A DNA stretch of 64,000 bases from an uncultured Clostridia bacterium (GTDB taxonomy: Bacteria > Bacillota > Clostridia > Oscillospirales > Ruminococcaceae), in assembly GCA_947625195.1 (NCBI GenBank), contig CANQNK010000003.1:41890-105889 (forward strand), given 5' to 3'. Under the pieces are notes generated by a model that was not told the DNA's origin, made no database searches, and saw only the letters and a list, made by a program, of their open reading frames with translations. This document shows positions 1-10,292 of the stretch, one piece after another (position 1 is the stretch's first letter; each line of letters opens with the position of its first letter). Made by a program: the position numbers and the translations under genes.

Positions 1-381
1 GATCCCGGAAACGTAAGAGCGCAGGCGTTTGACTTCGTCTTAAACGGAACGGAGCTTTGCTCTGGCTCTATGCGTATAACAGACTACGCTTTGCAGCAGA
101 AGATGTTTGAGGCTCTGGGACTTACCGCGGAGGAGATTGACGCAAAGTTCGGCTTTTTGGTTGACGCCTACAAGTACGCAGCGCCTCCTCACGGCGGAAT
201 GGGCTTTGGACTTGACAGGCTTTCAATGATAATCTGCGGTGCGGACAGCTTGAGAGACGTTGTGGCGTTTCCTAAGGTTCAAAACGCTAGCGAGCTTATG
301 AGCGAATGTCCGTCGGCCGTTGATAAAGCTCAGCTTGAGGAGCTGCATATTTCTGCAATTTCAGAAAGCGATAAGAAATAG
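1..381 (+). CDS. aspS: Aspartyl-tRNA synthetase, C-terminal fragment (5' end lies outside the window)
   Basis: The frame is open from nt 1. It carries class II aaRS motif 3 (GGMGFGLDRLSMII) and an AspRS-like tail (AFPKVQNASELM). The stop is at 379-381. Confidence 0.85.
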   Translation, partial: DPGNVRAQAFDFVLNGTELCSGSMRITDYALQQKMFEALGLTAEEIDAKFGFLVDAYKYAAPPHGGMGFGLDRLSMIICGADSLRDVVAFPKVQNASELMSECPSAVDKAQLEELHISAISESDKK

Positions 382-400
382 TTTTACGGAGGCGGTTAGG

Positions 401-679
401 GTGAACGGCGAGCTTGTTTCAACACTTTTGAAATTCGGTGCCGGTATGGTTATCATTATGGCTGTTATCGCCCTTGTGACGGTGATAACTCCGAAGATCG
501 CAAGTTTTATCGACAGGCGCAGGAAAAGCTCAAAGCACCCTCTTATCGTGGGTGATGATGACAGCAGAATCAAGGGCATATACGACGCTCAGAAGGATAA
601 GGATTTCGATCCTAACTACAAAATATACAACGAGGATATTTATGGCTTAAACTTTAAAAACAACAAAAAGCGCAAGTGA
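401..679 (+). CDS. Small hypothetical membrane protein (one TM helix and a Lys/Arg-rich tail)
   Basis: A GTG at 401 sits 8 nt after GGAGG (388-392). The product has a hydrophobic segment ([19 protein letters not shown]) followed by a charged tail. I recognise no family. Confidence 0.45.
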   Translation: MNGELVSTLLKFGAGMVIIMAVIALVTVITPKIASFIDRRRKSSKHPLIVGDDDSRIKGIYDAQKDKDFDPNYKIYNEDIYGLNFKNNKKRK

Positions 680-695
680 CTAAGACTTGCTTTTT
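672..695 (+). terminator. Weak stem-loop with a T-tract just before the proS RBS
   Basis: GCAAGT (672-677) pairs with ACTTGC (685-690), followed by TTTTT. The stem is only 6 bp. It overlaps the stop codon of the small ORF. Confidence 0.35.
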
Positions 696-717
696 CTCAG
701 AAAGGAACGGTAGGAAA

Positions 718-2175
718 ATGGCAAAGAACAATCAGAAAATGGTTGAAGAAATCACCTCAATGAACGAGGATTTTGCAAAGTGGTACACGGATATAGTTAA
801 AAAAGCCGAGCTTATAGAATATACCAGCGTAAAGGGCTGTATGGTGATCCGACCGTACGGCTATGCGATATGGGAGAACATTCAGAGGATTTTGGACGCT
901 ATGTTCAAGGAGCTAGGTCACGAAAATGTCTGTATGCCGATGTTCATTCCGGAAAGCCTTCTCAACAAGGAAAAGGATCACGTTGAGGGATTTGCGCCGG
1001 AGGTTGCATGGGTTACTCACGGCGGAAGCGAAAAGCTTGAAGAGAGGCTGTGTGTAAGACCCACCTCAGAAACGCTTTTCTGTGAGCACTATGCAAATAT
1101 CATACAGTCTTACAGAGACCTTCCTAAGCTTTATAACCAATGGGTGTCTGTTGTAAGATGGGAGAAAACTACCCGTCCGTTTTTGAGATCGAGAGAGTTT
1201 TTGTGGCAGGAGGGACACACGATCCATGCCACAGCCGAAGAAGCTATAGACGAGACAGAGCGTATGCTTAACTGCTATGCTCGTTTTTGCGAGGAGTATC
1301 TGGCAATTCCGGTTATTAAGGGCAAGAAAACCGAGAGCGATAAGTTTGCGGGCGCGGTTTCTACCTATGCGATCGAGGCGCTTATGCACGACGGAAAAGC
1401 TTTACAGGCGGGAACATCTCACTACTTCGGCGACGGTTTTGCTAAGGCTTTTGACATTCAGTTTACAAACAAGGATAATAAGCTTACGTATCCGCATCAG
1501 ACTTCATGGGGAGTTACAACACGTCTTATCGGAGCAATAATAATGACTCACGGCGACGATAACGGTCTTGTTCTGCCGCCGGCAGTCGCTCCGGTTCAGG
1601 TAATAGTTATCCCGGTTGCACAGCACAAGGCAGGAGTTTTAGACAAAGCAAACGAAATTCTTTCAAAGCTTAAAGACGCAGGGATAAGAGCGGCTATTGA
1701 CGACACCGATAACTCTCCGGGCTGGAAGTATTCTCAGGCTGAGATGAAGGGAATTCCCGTCAGAATCGAGATCGGCCCCAAGGACATTGAAAACGGTGCT
1801 TGCGTGATGGTGACCCGTCACAACAGAGAGAAAACAGCCGTGTCTCTTGAAAATTCATTTGAGACGCTTGTTGAGACCGCAAAGCAAAAGCTTAATGAGG
1901 TGCGCGACGGTATGTATGCCCTTGCACTTGAAAACAGAGAGAAAAAAACTTATACCTGCCGCTCTCTTGATGAAATAAACAAAACGCTTGAGCAAAACGG
2001 CGATGGCTTTGTAAAGGCTATGTGGTGCGGCGACGAGGCTTGCGAGGATAAGGTCAAGGAAGCGACCGGAGTCGGCTCCAGATGTATTCCGTTTGAGCAG
2101 GAGCAGATTGACGATAAATGCGTTTGCTGCGGCAAAAAAGCCAAGCACATGGTGCTTTGGGGTAAGGCATATTGA
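718..2175 (+). CDS. proS: Prolyl-tRNA synthetase (archaeal/eukaryote-like type, about 485 aa)
   Basis: The ATG at 718 follows AAAGGAACGGTAGGAAA. The product reads as ProRS throughout ([24 protein letters not shown]) and has a C-terminal Cys-rich zinc-binding tail. Confidence 0.95.
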   Translation: MAKNNQKMVEEITSMNEDFAKWYTDIVKKAELIEYTSVKGCMVIRPYGYAIWENIQRILDAMFKELGHENVCMPMFIPESLLNKEKDHVEGFAPEVAWVTHGGSEKLEERLCVRPTSETLFCEHYANIIQSYRDLPKLYNQWVSVVRWEKTTRPFLRSREFLWQEGHTIHATAEEAIDETERMLNCYARFCEEYLAIPVIKGKKTESDKFAGAVSTYAIEALMHDGKALQAGTSHYFGDGFAKAFDIQFTNKDNKLTYPHQTSWGVTTRLIGAIIMTHGDDNGLVLPPAVAPVQVIVIPVAQHKAGVLDKANEILSKLKDAGIRAAIDDTDNSPGWKYSQAEMKGIPVRIEIGPKDIENGACVMVTRHNREKTAVSLENSFETLVETAKQKLNEVRDGMYALALENREKKTYTCRSLDEINKTLEQNGDGFVKAMWCGDEACEDKVKEATGVGSRCIPFEQEQIDDKCVCCGKKAKHMVLWGKAY

Positions 2176-2186
2176 TGATATAAAAG

Positions 2187-2226
2187 AAACAGAGCTTTGT
2201 TCCTGCAACAAAGCTCTGTTTTGTTG
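2187..2226. terminator. Bidirectional intrinsic terminator between the convergent proS and GH42 genes
   Basis: A perfect 15-bp stem, AAACAGAGCTTTGTT (2187-2201) with AACAAAGCTCTGTTT (2207-2221), is flanked by A and T tracts. Confidence 0.8.
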
Positions 2227-2233
2227 TCGTTTT

Positions 2234-4279
2234 TTACTTTAATACTCTTGCGCCCAGCGCTTCAAGCTCAATTTCGCTCGAGACAGTTTCGCCACTCAGC
2301 AGATCCTTATATTCCCTTCCTGCGGGAAGGGATATTTTTACGCTTTCATGAAGGAAGTTCTCTATAAAAACGATCTCTCCGTTTTCGCCCTCTCTTATGC
2401 TTGCGGTTACTCCGAAAGGCAGTGCTGCGCCCAAGGCCCGCTTTATTCCGTATTTATCTATAAGGCTTTCGTAAAACGGCTTTAGCAGCGAGTAATCAGG
2501 GTGAGTGGCAAAATAGTATGCCTCTCCTTTGCCGAAACTGTTTTTTGTCAGAGCAGGCCAGCCCTTGTACCAGTCCTTTCCGTATTCGCCTATTACCTCG
2601 GCGGTGGTCGGGTGAACAAGATCGCATATGTACAAAGAGCGGTGGCTTCCGCTTAAAACACCGTCCTTTATGACGATCTCGTTAGACTGGTGATCACACA
2701 GAGCGTCCATATCCTCTTCCCAAAGGCCGAAGACTTGATCAAGCCCCAAGGCGGGAAGTGTGCCGTTATAGCACAAATCAGTTTCGTTTACAAGGCCTGT
2801 AAAATAGGAAGAGATAAGCGTCTTTCCGCTGCTGACAAATTCAGCAAGACGCTTTGGCACATCGCCCTTAAGCATATAAAGCATGGGCGCTATGAGTATA
2901 TCGTACTTTGTAAAATCTTTGGTTGAGTCTATAACATCGCAGGAAACGCCGTTTTCCCAAAAGGCTCTGTAATGCGACATGGCTATATCGTTATAATACA
3001 TTCCATCGTTTCTGGGACCTTTTGAATCCTCGATCGCCCATTTGTTCTCAATATCGTAAATAATAGCGACCTTTGCGTTTACGGTTGTATAATATATATC
3101 GTCATTCAGTTTTTTTAGGATATCTCCTACCTCGGCCACGTTTTTAAATATCATCGTGTCATCTTTACCGCGATGGGAAACTACCGCACTGTGAAACTTT
3201 TCGCAAGAGCCGTTTGACTGCCTCCACTGGAAATACTGCACCGTGTTTGAGCCGTGCGCAAGAGCTTGAATAGATGAAAGCTTTAGCATTCCCGGAGCCT
3301 TTAGTCTGGATGCACCGTGCCAGTTGGTGGTGGAGGGCGTGTTTTCCATCATCATAAATGGCTTATCCTTATACGAGCGCATCCAGTCGTGGTTAAAGGC
3401 GGTTGCTAACGCATTGCCGAAATCGTCCGTGTGATTGTGCCACATCGGATAGGCATCCCATGATACTACATCGAGATACGGCATGAATTTGCTGTAATCA
3501 AGCGCGGTGTGAAACATCATCAGATTTATCGTGCAGGGTATGCCGGGATTTGCTTCTTTGAGAGGTTTTATCTCTTCTTTGTAAAAGTCCACCGTCTGAT
3601 CCGTACAGAATCTGTTCCAGTCAAGGTTGAGTCCGTGATCAACCGTCATACCGTGATCGACCGGCGGCTCTATCTGCTCCCAGTCGGTATACCGCTGGCT
3701 CCAGAAGGTGGTGTACCACGCGTCGTTCAACGCCTCAAGACTTCCGTACTTTTTCTTGAGCCATTCTCTGAACGCCGCCTGACACAGCGGGCAGAAGCAC
3801 TGGCCCGAAATCTCGTTTGAAATATGCCACATTATAACGGCGGGATTGTTTGCGTAACGATTTGCAAGGCGGGTGTTCATCTCTCTTGTTTTTCTTCTGA
3901 AAACAGGCGAGGTGTAGCAGTGGTTGTGCCTGCCGCCGTGAAGATTTCTTACGAGGTTTTTCTCAACCCTTGAAACCTCAGGGTACTTGTGAGTCATCCA
4001 CACGGGACGGGCGCCCGTGGGGGTGGCAAGGATCGTATAAATACCGTTTTCATAAAGCGTGTTTATAACCTTGTCAAGCCAGTCAAAATTGTAGACGCCA
4101 TCTTCCGGCTCAAGCATCGACCACGAAAAAACGCCAACCGTGACACAGTTAAAGCCGGCTTTTTTCATATACTCAATGTCCTTTTCAAAAACTCCCGGTA
4201 CCTTTAACCATTGCTCGGGGTTGTAGTCTGCTCCGTGAAGAAGCTTTAAAAGCCGCGGAGTGATCTCAAATTTGCTCAT
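2234..4279 (-). CDS. Beta-galactosidase, glycoside hydrolase family 42
   Basis: The product starts MSKFEITPRLLKLLHGADYNPEQW. It shows GH42-like features (WHISNE, a C-terminal trimerisation/beta-sandwich region) and is about 681 aa. I moved the start to the ATG at 4279. The ORF-track N-terminal extension overlaps the upstream gene. Confidence 0.9.
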   Translation of the reverse strand: MSKFEITPRLLKLLHGADYNPEQWLKVPGVFEKDIEYMKKAGFNCVTVGVFSWSMLEPEDGVYNFDWLDKVINTLYENGIYTILATPTGARPVWMTHKYPEVSRVEKNLVRNLHGGRHNHCYTSPVFRRKTREMNTRLANRYANNPAVIMWHISNEISGQCFCPLCQAAFREWLKKKYGSLEALNDAWYTTFWSQRYTDWEQIEPPVDHGMTVDHGLNLDWNRFCTDQTVDFYKEEIKPLKEANPGIPCTINLMMFHTALDYSKFMPYLDVVSWDAYPMWHNHTDDFGNALATAFNHDWMRSYKDKPFMMMENTPSTTNWHGASRLKAPGMLKLSSIQALAHGSNTVQYFQWRQSNGSCEKFHSAVVSHRGKDDTMIFKNVAEVGDILKKLNDDIYYTTVNAKVAIIYDIENKWAIEDSKGPRNDGMYYNDIAMSHYRAFWENGVSCDVIDSTKDFTKYDILIAPMLYMLKGDVPKRLAEFVSSGKTLISSYFTGLVNETDLCYNGTLPALGLDQVFGLWEEDMDALCDHQSNEIVIKDGVLSGSHRSLYICDLVHPTTAEVIGEYGKDWYKGWPALTKNSFGKGEAYYFATHPDYSLLKPFYESLIDKYGIKRALGAALPFGVTASIREGENGEIVFIENFLHESVKISLPAGREYKDLLSGETVSSEIELEALGARVLK

Positions 4280-4332
4280 AACATACAAATTCCTTTCTGT
4301 TAAGCTTTTGTTGGAAAATGCGCGTGGCATTC

Positions 4333-5082
4333 TTATTTTACCGATATCGACGGCGATATGTCCGCTACGTTTACTACATACCATCTGCCGCCTATTTTTG
4401 CAACGTAAACCTCGTAATATACTTGTTCGGTTAGCTTATCGCCGGTGATCTTTGCATCCACCGAAAATACGCTGGCTTCCTTGACGTCTATACTTGAATC
4501 GTAAATTGATTTGTACTCCTTTTCATAATCGGAAATTACGCTTTCTTCAAGCTGACTTTCCTTACCGATGTTTGCCTGGAATTTAAAATTATCTCCGTAT
4601 TTTTCTCTGTAATCGGCATAAAGCGTATCAAGCGCGTTTTCGTCAGAAATACCCATTTTTTCCGCCTCGTCCTCATAGGCGTTTTTATGTTCCGGCGGAA
4701 AACAGCTTAAAAACTCATCAAAGTCTCTGTCGCTAATACTCTGAAAATATTTTGCCGCAACCTCACGCTTATCGTTTACGGTAAAAATATATCCTCTTTT
4801 ATAAAGCACAAACAGCACTATCACCGCAATAAGCGCGATACAGAAAAACAGCGTGGCGGCCTTAAGAACCTTTGTGCCGTTTTTATTTTTTGCACTCTTT
4901 TTTGCAGACGGGTGCTCTTTATAATACTGGGCCTTTTCTTCTTCGGTCATATGCCGAAGCGGTTTTTGTATCTTTTTGTACTTATCCGCTGCCTTGATTT
5001 TTAATTCTGGATTTCCGTATCCGCAGTGCTCGCAGTACTCGCCGGTGTATTCCTTTCCGCAGCTTTTGCAAATCTTTGTCAT
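4333..5082 (-). CDS. Zinc-ribbon membrane protein (N-terminal CxxC...CxxC, one TM helix, about 150-aa extracytoplasmic domain)
   Basis: The N-terminus reads MTKICKSCGKEYTGEYCEHCG, and the TM helix is AATLFFCIALIAVIVLFVLY. It has the same architecture as the 39679-40563 product. Confidence 0.6.
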   Translation of the reverse strand: MTKICKSCGKEYTGEYCEHCGYGNPELKIKAADKYKKIQKPLRHMTEEEKAQYYKEHPSAKKSAKNKNGTKVLKAATLFFCIALIAVIVLFVLYKRGYIFTVNDKREVAAKYFQSISDRDFDEFLSCFPPEHKNAYEDEAEKMGISDENALDTLYADYREKYGDNFKFQANIGKESQLEESVISDYEKEYKSIYDSSIDVKEASVFSVDAKITGDKLTEQVYYEVYVAKIGGRWYVVNVADISPSISVK

Positions 5083-5129
5083 AATCGACCCCCTGTGGCT
5101 GTACTGTACCGATAAATGGCCAATACAGG

Positions 5130-5158
5130 TTGAAAAATTTCGCTTTTTATGTTAGTAT
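5130..5158 (+). promoter_or_regulatory. Sigma-A-type promoter for the GH43 gene
   Basis: TTGAAA (5130-5135), a 17-nt spacer, then TAGTAT (5153-5158) with a TGn extended -10. Confidence 0.5.
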
Positions 5159-5201
5159 TATTGTAGCACACTATCCCGTGATTTTCAAGGAGGAATTTTT
5201 T

Positions 5202-6524
5202 ATGCCAAATCCGTTTTTGCCCCTTTGGGAGTATATTCCCGACGGAGAGCCCAGAGTGTTCGGCGACAGAGTTTATATCTACGGGTCCCACGACAGGGCA
5301 AACTCCGACAGCTTCTGCGACCACATACTTAAGGTGTGGAGCGCTCCGTTAAACGACCTCAGCAGCTGGCAGTGCCACGGAGTGTCCTTTTCTACCTCTG
5401 ATCCTGACTACATAAAGGCGACTGACGAAAGCGCCCCTGACAAATTTTTGTACGCTCCTGACGTTGTCGAAAAGGACGGTAAATATTATCTGTATATGTA
5501 CGTGTTCTATGCAAGAGGAATTGTTGCCGAATCCGGCCGGCCGGAAGGTCCGTTTAAGCTTATCTCTCATTACAAGGCGAGAAAAGAGGACGAGGGTGAT
5601 GACGGCGTTTTTAACGATCCGGGCGTACTGGTTGACGACGACGGCAGAGTATACATCTATTACGGCTTTGAGCGGTCGCATTTTAACGAGATAAACCCCG
5701 ACAATATGATTGAGATAAAAGAAGGCTCGCTGAAGCTGCATATGGTGGGTGACCGAGATGACGAGGCTAAATTTTTTGAGGCAAGCAGCATAAGAAAAAT
5801 AGGAGATCTTTACTATTTTATCTATTCGCCAAAAAGAGGCTGCCGGCTTGCATACGCTACCTCAAAGCGACCCGAGGGACCGTTTGAGTACAGAGGTTAT
5901 ATTATAGACAACGGTATCGACTATCCGGGCGGAAACGATCACGGCTCAATAGCAAACATTAACGGGCAGTGGTACGTTTTTTATCACAGAATGACTAACA
6001 AAACAATTTTGTCAAGAAGAGCCTGTGTGGAGAAAATCACCATACTGCCCGACGGCACTATCCCGACGGTTGAGATGACTTCTTTAGGCTTTGAGGATTC
6101 TTTGAACCCGTACAGGATAACTCCTGCGGAGATAGCCTGCGTTTTAAAGAAAGACGCTTTTATAACCGAGCGTGACAAGTTTACAAGAACGGTTTCAAAC
6201 ATTAAAAACGGCTGCGTTATCGGATATAAGTATTTCGATTTCGGAGAGGATTTCTCAAGCGAAAGTATGATCTTGTCGTTGAAGGTGTTCGGGACGGGGT
6301 GCAGCTCAAGAGTTCGGGTTATGCTTGATGACTGCGAAAACGGTGAAGAAGTCGGCGTGATAAGCGTTGACACTCACGACGGAATATACAGCGGCAGATT
6401 AAAAAATGTAACCGGCAGACACGCTTTATATTTTAAGGTGGAATACACTTATCAGGGGGATTTTGCCGGGGATTTTGACAACAGAAGTCTTTTTGATCTT
6501 GAGTCGTTCGTTTTTCAAAAATAG
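5202..6524 (+). CDS. Glycoside hydrolase family 43 protein (xylosidase/arabinofuranosidase-like) with a C-terminal CBM-like domain
   Basis: The ATG at 5202 follows AGGAGG. The N-terminus (MPNPFLPLWEYIPDGEPRVFGDRVYIYGSHD) is typical of GH43 five-bladed propellers. Confidence 0.8.
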   Translation: MPNPFLPLWEYIPDGEPRVFGDRVYIYGSHDRANSDSFCDHILKVWSAPLNDLSSWQCHGVSFSTSDPDYIKATDESAPDKFLYAPDVVEKDGKYYLYMYVFYARGIVAESGRPEGPFKLISHYKARKEDEGDDGVFNDPGVLVDDDGRVYIYYGFERSHFNEINPDNMIEIKEGSLKLHMVGDRDDEAKFFEASSIRKIGDLYYFIYSPKRGCRLAYATSKRPEGPFEYRGYIIDNGIDYPGGNDHGSIANINGQWYVFYHRMTNKTILSRRACVEKITILPDGTIPTVEMTSLGFEDSLNPYRITPAEIACVLKKDAFITERDKFTRTVSNIKNGCVIGYKYFDFGEDFSSESMILSLKVFGTGCSSRVRVMLDDCENGEEVGVISVDTHDGIYSGRLKNVTGRHALYFKVEYTYQGDFAGDFDNRSLFDLESFVFQK

Positions 6525-6644
6525 CCTTGCTTTGCGGTATGGTTAAATAAAAATGAAGAACAAAAGCCGGATGTTTTATATCGCTTTAAGAAGCTTCGGT
6601 TTTAATAAAATGACCGGAGCTTTTTGAGTATTTTCCTTTTTTAC

Positions 6645-6673
6645 TTGAAATTGGTCCCGCATCGGTATATAAT
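6645..6673 (+). promoter_or_regulatory. Near-consensus sigma-A promoter for the vanZ-like gene
   Basis: TTGAAA (6645-6650), a 17-nt spacer, then TATAAT (6668-6673). Confidence 0.6.
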
Positions 6674-6693
6674 TAAAATACGGAGGAGTTTAA

Positions 6694-7182
6694 ATGACAC
6701 TTATTAAACGTAAAAGCTTTTGGATCCTTGCTGTTTTCACTTTTCTGTGGCTTGGGCTGATGTTGTTTTTGTCCTCGCAAAACGGTGAGGACACACGGGG
6801 ACTGAGCGAGTGGATATGTAAGAAAATATTGGCTCTTTTCGGCGGATATAATGCGTCTGACCTTGCTAAGCTAAACTCCGTTTTGAGAAAAGCCGCACAC
6901 TTATTTTTGTTTTTCGTGCTGGGGGTAATGTCCGTAATGTGGACGGTCATTATACCGCGTTTTTCTGTCGCTGTAAAAACGCTGTTTTGCTTTGCCGCCT
7001 GTCTTGTTATCGCCTTTTTTGATGAGGCGCATAAGGTTTTAATTCCGGGCAGACATTTTTCATTTTCCGAAAGCCTGCTCGATTTTTTGGGCGCCGCCGT
7101 GGGAATAGCTTCAGCGCTTCTGGTTTATAGGCTTATAAGACATATATCCTCAGCAAATAGACGCAGAGTTATTGTAAAATAA
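6694..7182 (+). CDS. VanZ-like family membrane protein
   Basis: Four TM segments, with VanZ-like motifs (RKAAHLFLFFVLG; FDEAHKVLIPGR). The RBS is GGAGG. Confidence 0.75.
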   Translation: MTLIKRKSFWILAVFTFLWLGLMLFLSSQNGEDTRGLSEWICKKILALFGGYNASDLAKLNSVLRKAAHLFLFFVLGVMSVMWTVIIPRFSVAVKTLFCFAACLVIAFFDEAHKVLIPGRHFSFSESLLDFLGAAVGIASALLVYRLIRHISSANRRRVIVK

Positions 7183-7212
7183 CAAAATATCTGTTTAAAT
7201 AAGGAGGTCAGA

Positions 7213-7980
7213 ATGCCGGCAAATATATTTGATTCACACTCTCATTACGACGACGAAAGGTTTGACGGCGACAGAGACGAGCTTATTTCTTCTCTGTTCA
7301 GTTCCGGCGTAAGCTACATTATGCACGCTTCTACCGATGAGGAATCCGCTGCTTTCGGAATCAGGATGGCTGCCAAATACAAGAATTTTTACACAAGCGC
7401 GGGTATACATCCGCTTGATCTGGATAAGCTTACTGACAATACGCTTGAAAACATAGAGCGGTTAGCAAGAGAAAACGACAAGGTAAAAGCCATCGGCGAG
7501 ATCGGACTTGACTATCACTATGAGCCGTATGACAAGGAGCTTCAGAAAGACATATTTATATCACAAATAAAAATAGCTAACAGACTTGATATGCCAGTTA
7601 TAGTTCACATAAGAGACGCGGTGCAGGACGGTGTGAATATTTTAAAAGAATACAGGCCAAAGGGTGTAGTGCACTGCTTTTCGGGCTCCTATGAAACCGC
7701 GGCAGAAATAATCAGGCTAGGTATGTATATAGGCTTTACGGGAGCGCTTACCTTTAAAAACTCAAAAAAGGCTAGAAGAGCTGCCGCTGCCGTGCCGCCT
7801 GAGCGGCTTTTGCTTGAAACCGACTGTCCGTATATGGCACCTGAGCCTTTTCGCTCAATGCGATGTGACAGCAGTATGATCGCAAAAACAGCGGAGGTCG
7901 CTGCCGAGATCAATGGTATTTCTGTGCAGGAGATTTTGGATATTACCTGTGAAAACGCTAAAAGGCTTTACGGGATTTAA
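7213..7980 (+). CDS. tatD: TatD-family metal-dependent hydrolase/DNase
   Basis: FDSHSHYDD is at the N-terminus. GEIGLDYHY, VHIRDA and ETDCPY are also present. The product is about 255 aa. Confidence 0.9.
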   Translation: MPANIFDSHSHYDDERFDGDRDELISSLFSSGVSYIMHASTDEESAAFGIRMAAKYKNFYTSAGIHPLDLDKLTDNTLENIERLARENDKVKAIGEIGLDYHYEPYDKELQKDIFISQIKIANRLDMPVIVHIRDAVQDGVNILKEYRPKGVVHCFSGSYETAAEIIRLGMYIGFTGALTFKNSKKARRAAAAVPPERLLLETDCPYMAPEPFRSMRCDSSMIAKTAEVAAEINGISVQEILDITCENAKRLYGI

Positions 7981-8086
7981 TTGTTAAAAAATCCTTGCCG
8001 TGCTTATGTATTAACATCAAATATTTATAATAAGGAACCGGAAAAATATGTGTCAGGGTCGCACAAAACAAGTCCGATAAACACGC

Positions 8087-8121
8087 AAAACTCCTTTTGG
8101 GAAACTAATAGGAGTTTTTTT
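8087..8121 (+). terminator. Intrinsic terminator after tatD
   Basis: AACTCCT (8089-8095) pairs with AGGAGTT (8110-8116), followed by TTTTT. Confidence 0.7.
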
Positions 8122-8295
8122 AATAGCACAGGCGCTATAAAGCGTAATGCCTAATTATCCTGTCAAAGTTTTGTGCAATATTTTTCCTTTTTGGTATGGA
8201 TTTTTGTGCTCTTTTATGTTAAAATGATGTTGTAAGCTTTCGATTTATCGGAAGGAGTATACGAAAATATATTTTAAAATCAAGGAGGATATATT

Positions 8296-10098
8296 ATGGC
8301 AAAATCAAGACTTATCGGCGATTATCCCGTTATAGGAATCCGCCCGACCATCGATGGCAGAAGAGGACGATTAAACGTGCGTGAGTCGCTTGAAGATCAG
8401 ACTATGAATATGGCTAAGGCGGCGGCAAAGCTGTTTGAGGAAAACCTGAAATACACAAACGGCGAGCCTGTAAAGGTAATTATTTCCGACACCACAATAG
8501 GCAGGGTTGCCGAGGCGGCGGCGTGTGCCGATAAATTCAAGAAAAACGGTGTGGATATAACTCTGACGGTAACTCCCTGCTGGTGTTACGGCGCGGAGAC
8601 GATGGATATGGACCCGATGACCATAAAGGGCGTCTGGGGCTTTAACGGCACCGAAAGGCCGGGTGCTGTTTATCTTGCGTCAGTTCTGGCAACTCACGCA
8701 CAGAAGGGCCTTCCGGCGTTTGGCATTTACGGTCACGACGTTCAGAATGCCGACGATACTGAGATCCCCGAGGACGTAAAGGAAAAGCTTCTTCGGTTTG
8801 GAAGAGCCGCAGTTGCTGCCGCTACGATGAGAGGAAAGAGCTACCTTCAGATAGGCTCTATCGCCATGGGAATAGGCGGCTCGATAATAGACCCCGCGTT
8901 TATTGAGGAGTATCTCGGAATGAGAGTTGAATCGGTGGACGAGGTAGAGATAATAAGGCGAATGACCGAAGGCATTTATGACGAGGAGGAGTATCAGAAG
9001 GCTCTTAAGTGGACAAAGGAAAAGTGCATCGAGGGCTTTGACAAAAACCCCACGGAGTTCCAGAAGACAAGAGAGCAGAAGGATTCCGACTGGGAGTTTG
9101 TTGTAAAGATGATGTGCATCATAAAAGATCTTATGAACGGAAACGATAAGCTTCCCGACGGCTGCGAGGAGGAAAAGGTGGGTCATAACGCACTCGCGGC
9201 AGGCTTTCAGGGACAGAGACAGTGGACAGACTTTTACCCTAACTGCGATTTTCCCGAGGCGATGCTTAATACATCGTTCGACTGGAACGGCGCGAGGGAG
9301 CCATATATCCTTGCTACAGAAAACGACGTTTTAAACGGCCTCGGAATGATGTTTATGAAGCTGCTTACAAACAGCTCTCAGATTTTTGCGGACGTTCGCA
9401 CATACTGGTCTCCGGAGGCTGTAAAGAAAGCAACCGGATATGACTTGGAGGGCGTTGCAAAGGAAGCAGGTGGCTTTATTCACCTTATAAATTCTGGCGC
9501 TGCTTGCCTTGACGCTAACGGTCGGGCCAAGGACAAGAACGGCGTGGGAGTTATGAAGCCGTGGTATGAGATCACCGAGGCGGATCAGGACGCGATTATG
9601 AATGCCACCACCTGGAACTACGCTGACCTCGGATATTTCCGCGGCGGCGGATATTCTTCACGCTTTGTAACAGAGGCTCAAATGCCCGTTACCATGATAA
9701 GACTTAACCTTGTAAAAGGCTTAGGACCGACGCTTCAGATCGCAGAGGGTTGGACGGTGCATCTTCCCGATGAGGTGACCGATACGCTCTGGAAGAGAAC
9801 AGACTATACCTGGCCCTGCACCTGGTTTGCGCCGAGGACGACCGGCAAGGGAGCGTTTGCGACCGCGTATGACGTTATGAACAACTGGGGCGCAAATCAC
9901 GGCGCAATAAGCTACGGACATATCGGAGCAGACCTTATCACTCTTTGCTCAATACTGAGGATTCCCGTTTCTATGCACAATGTTCCCGAGGAAAAGATCT
10001 TCCGTCCGGCGGCGTGGAACGCATTCGGTATGGACAAGGAAGGTCAGGATTACCGCGCATGTAAGGCATACGGTCCGATGTATAAAAATATCAGATAA
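8296..10098 (+). CDS. fucI: L-fucose isomerase
   Basis: The 600-aa product is FucI-like along its full length ([10 protein letters not shown] near the N-terminus; a C-terminal isomerase core). The RBS is AAGGAGG. Confidence 0.93.
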   Translation: MAKSRLIGDYPVIGIRPTIDGRRGRLNVRESLEDQTMNMAKAAAKLFEENLKYTNGEPVKVIISDTTIGRVAEAAACADKFKKNGVDITLTVTPCWCYGAETMDMDPMTIKGVWGFNGTERPGAVYLASVLATHAQKGLPAFGIYGHDVQNADDTEIPEDVKEKLLRFGRAAVAAATMRGKSYLQIGSIAMGIGGSIIDPAFIEEYLGMRVESVDEVEIIRRMTEGIYDEEEYQKALKWTKEKCIEGFDKNPTEFQKTREQKDSDWEFVVKMMCIIKDLMNGNDKLPDGCEEEKVGHNALAAGFQGQRQWTDFYPNCDFPEAMLNTSFDWNGAREPYILATENDVLNGLGMMFMKLLTNSSQIFADVRTYWSPEAVKKATGYDLEGVAKEAGGFIHLINSGAACLDANGRAKDKNGVGVMKPWYEITEADQDAIMNATTWNYADLGYFRGGGYSSRFVTEAQMPVTMIRLNLVKGLGPTLQIAEGWTVHLPDEVTDTLWKRTDYTWPCTWFAPRTTGKGAFATAYDVMNNWGANHGAISYGHIGADLITLCSILRIPVSMHNVPEEKIFRPAAWNAFGMDKEGQDYRACKAYGPMYKNIR

Positions 10099-10292
10099 CA
10101 AAACAATCTGCCTTGCCCCTTAATGAAACAGGGGCTTGGCGGGTGTATGAGAATTTTAAATAAGTACGAAAGATACCGGAGATTAAAATTCTGTAATAAA
10201 CCGTGCAGAAAATTTTTCGGGAGCCGCGGCATATAACTGTGGCAAAAAGTAAGTTTACCAATTGTCATTGACATTTTTAAGGACGTGATAAT

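Noticed and set aside
4280-4384. An N-terminal extension of the GH42 ORF
   Set aside because: It overlaps the upstream zinc-ribbon gene. GH42 homology begins at MSKFEITPR, at the ATG at 4279.
8205-8260. A cre (CcpA) site upstream of fucI (TGTAAGCTTTCGAT)
   Set aside because: It fails the central CG and the 3' half of the TGWAANCGNTNWCA consensus.
8680-9186. A 168-aa minus-strand ORF inside fucI
   Set aside because: It is antisense to a full-length, well-conserved FucI. It has no RBS and no recognisable domain.
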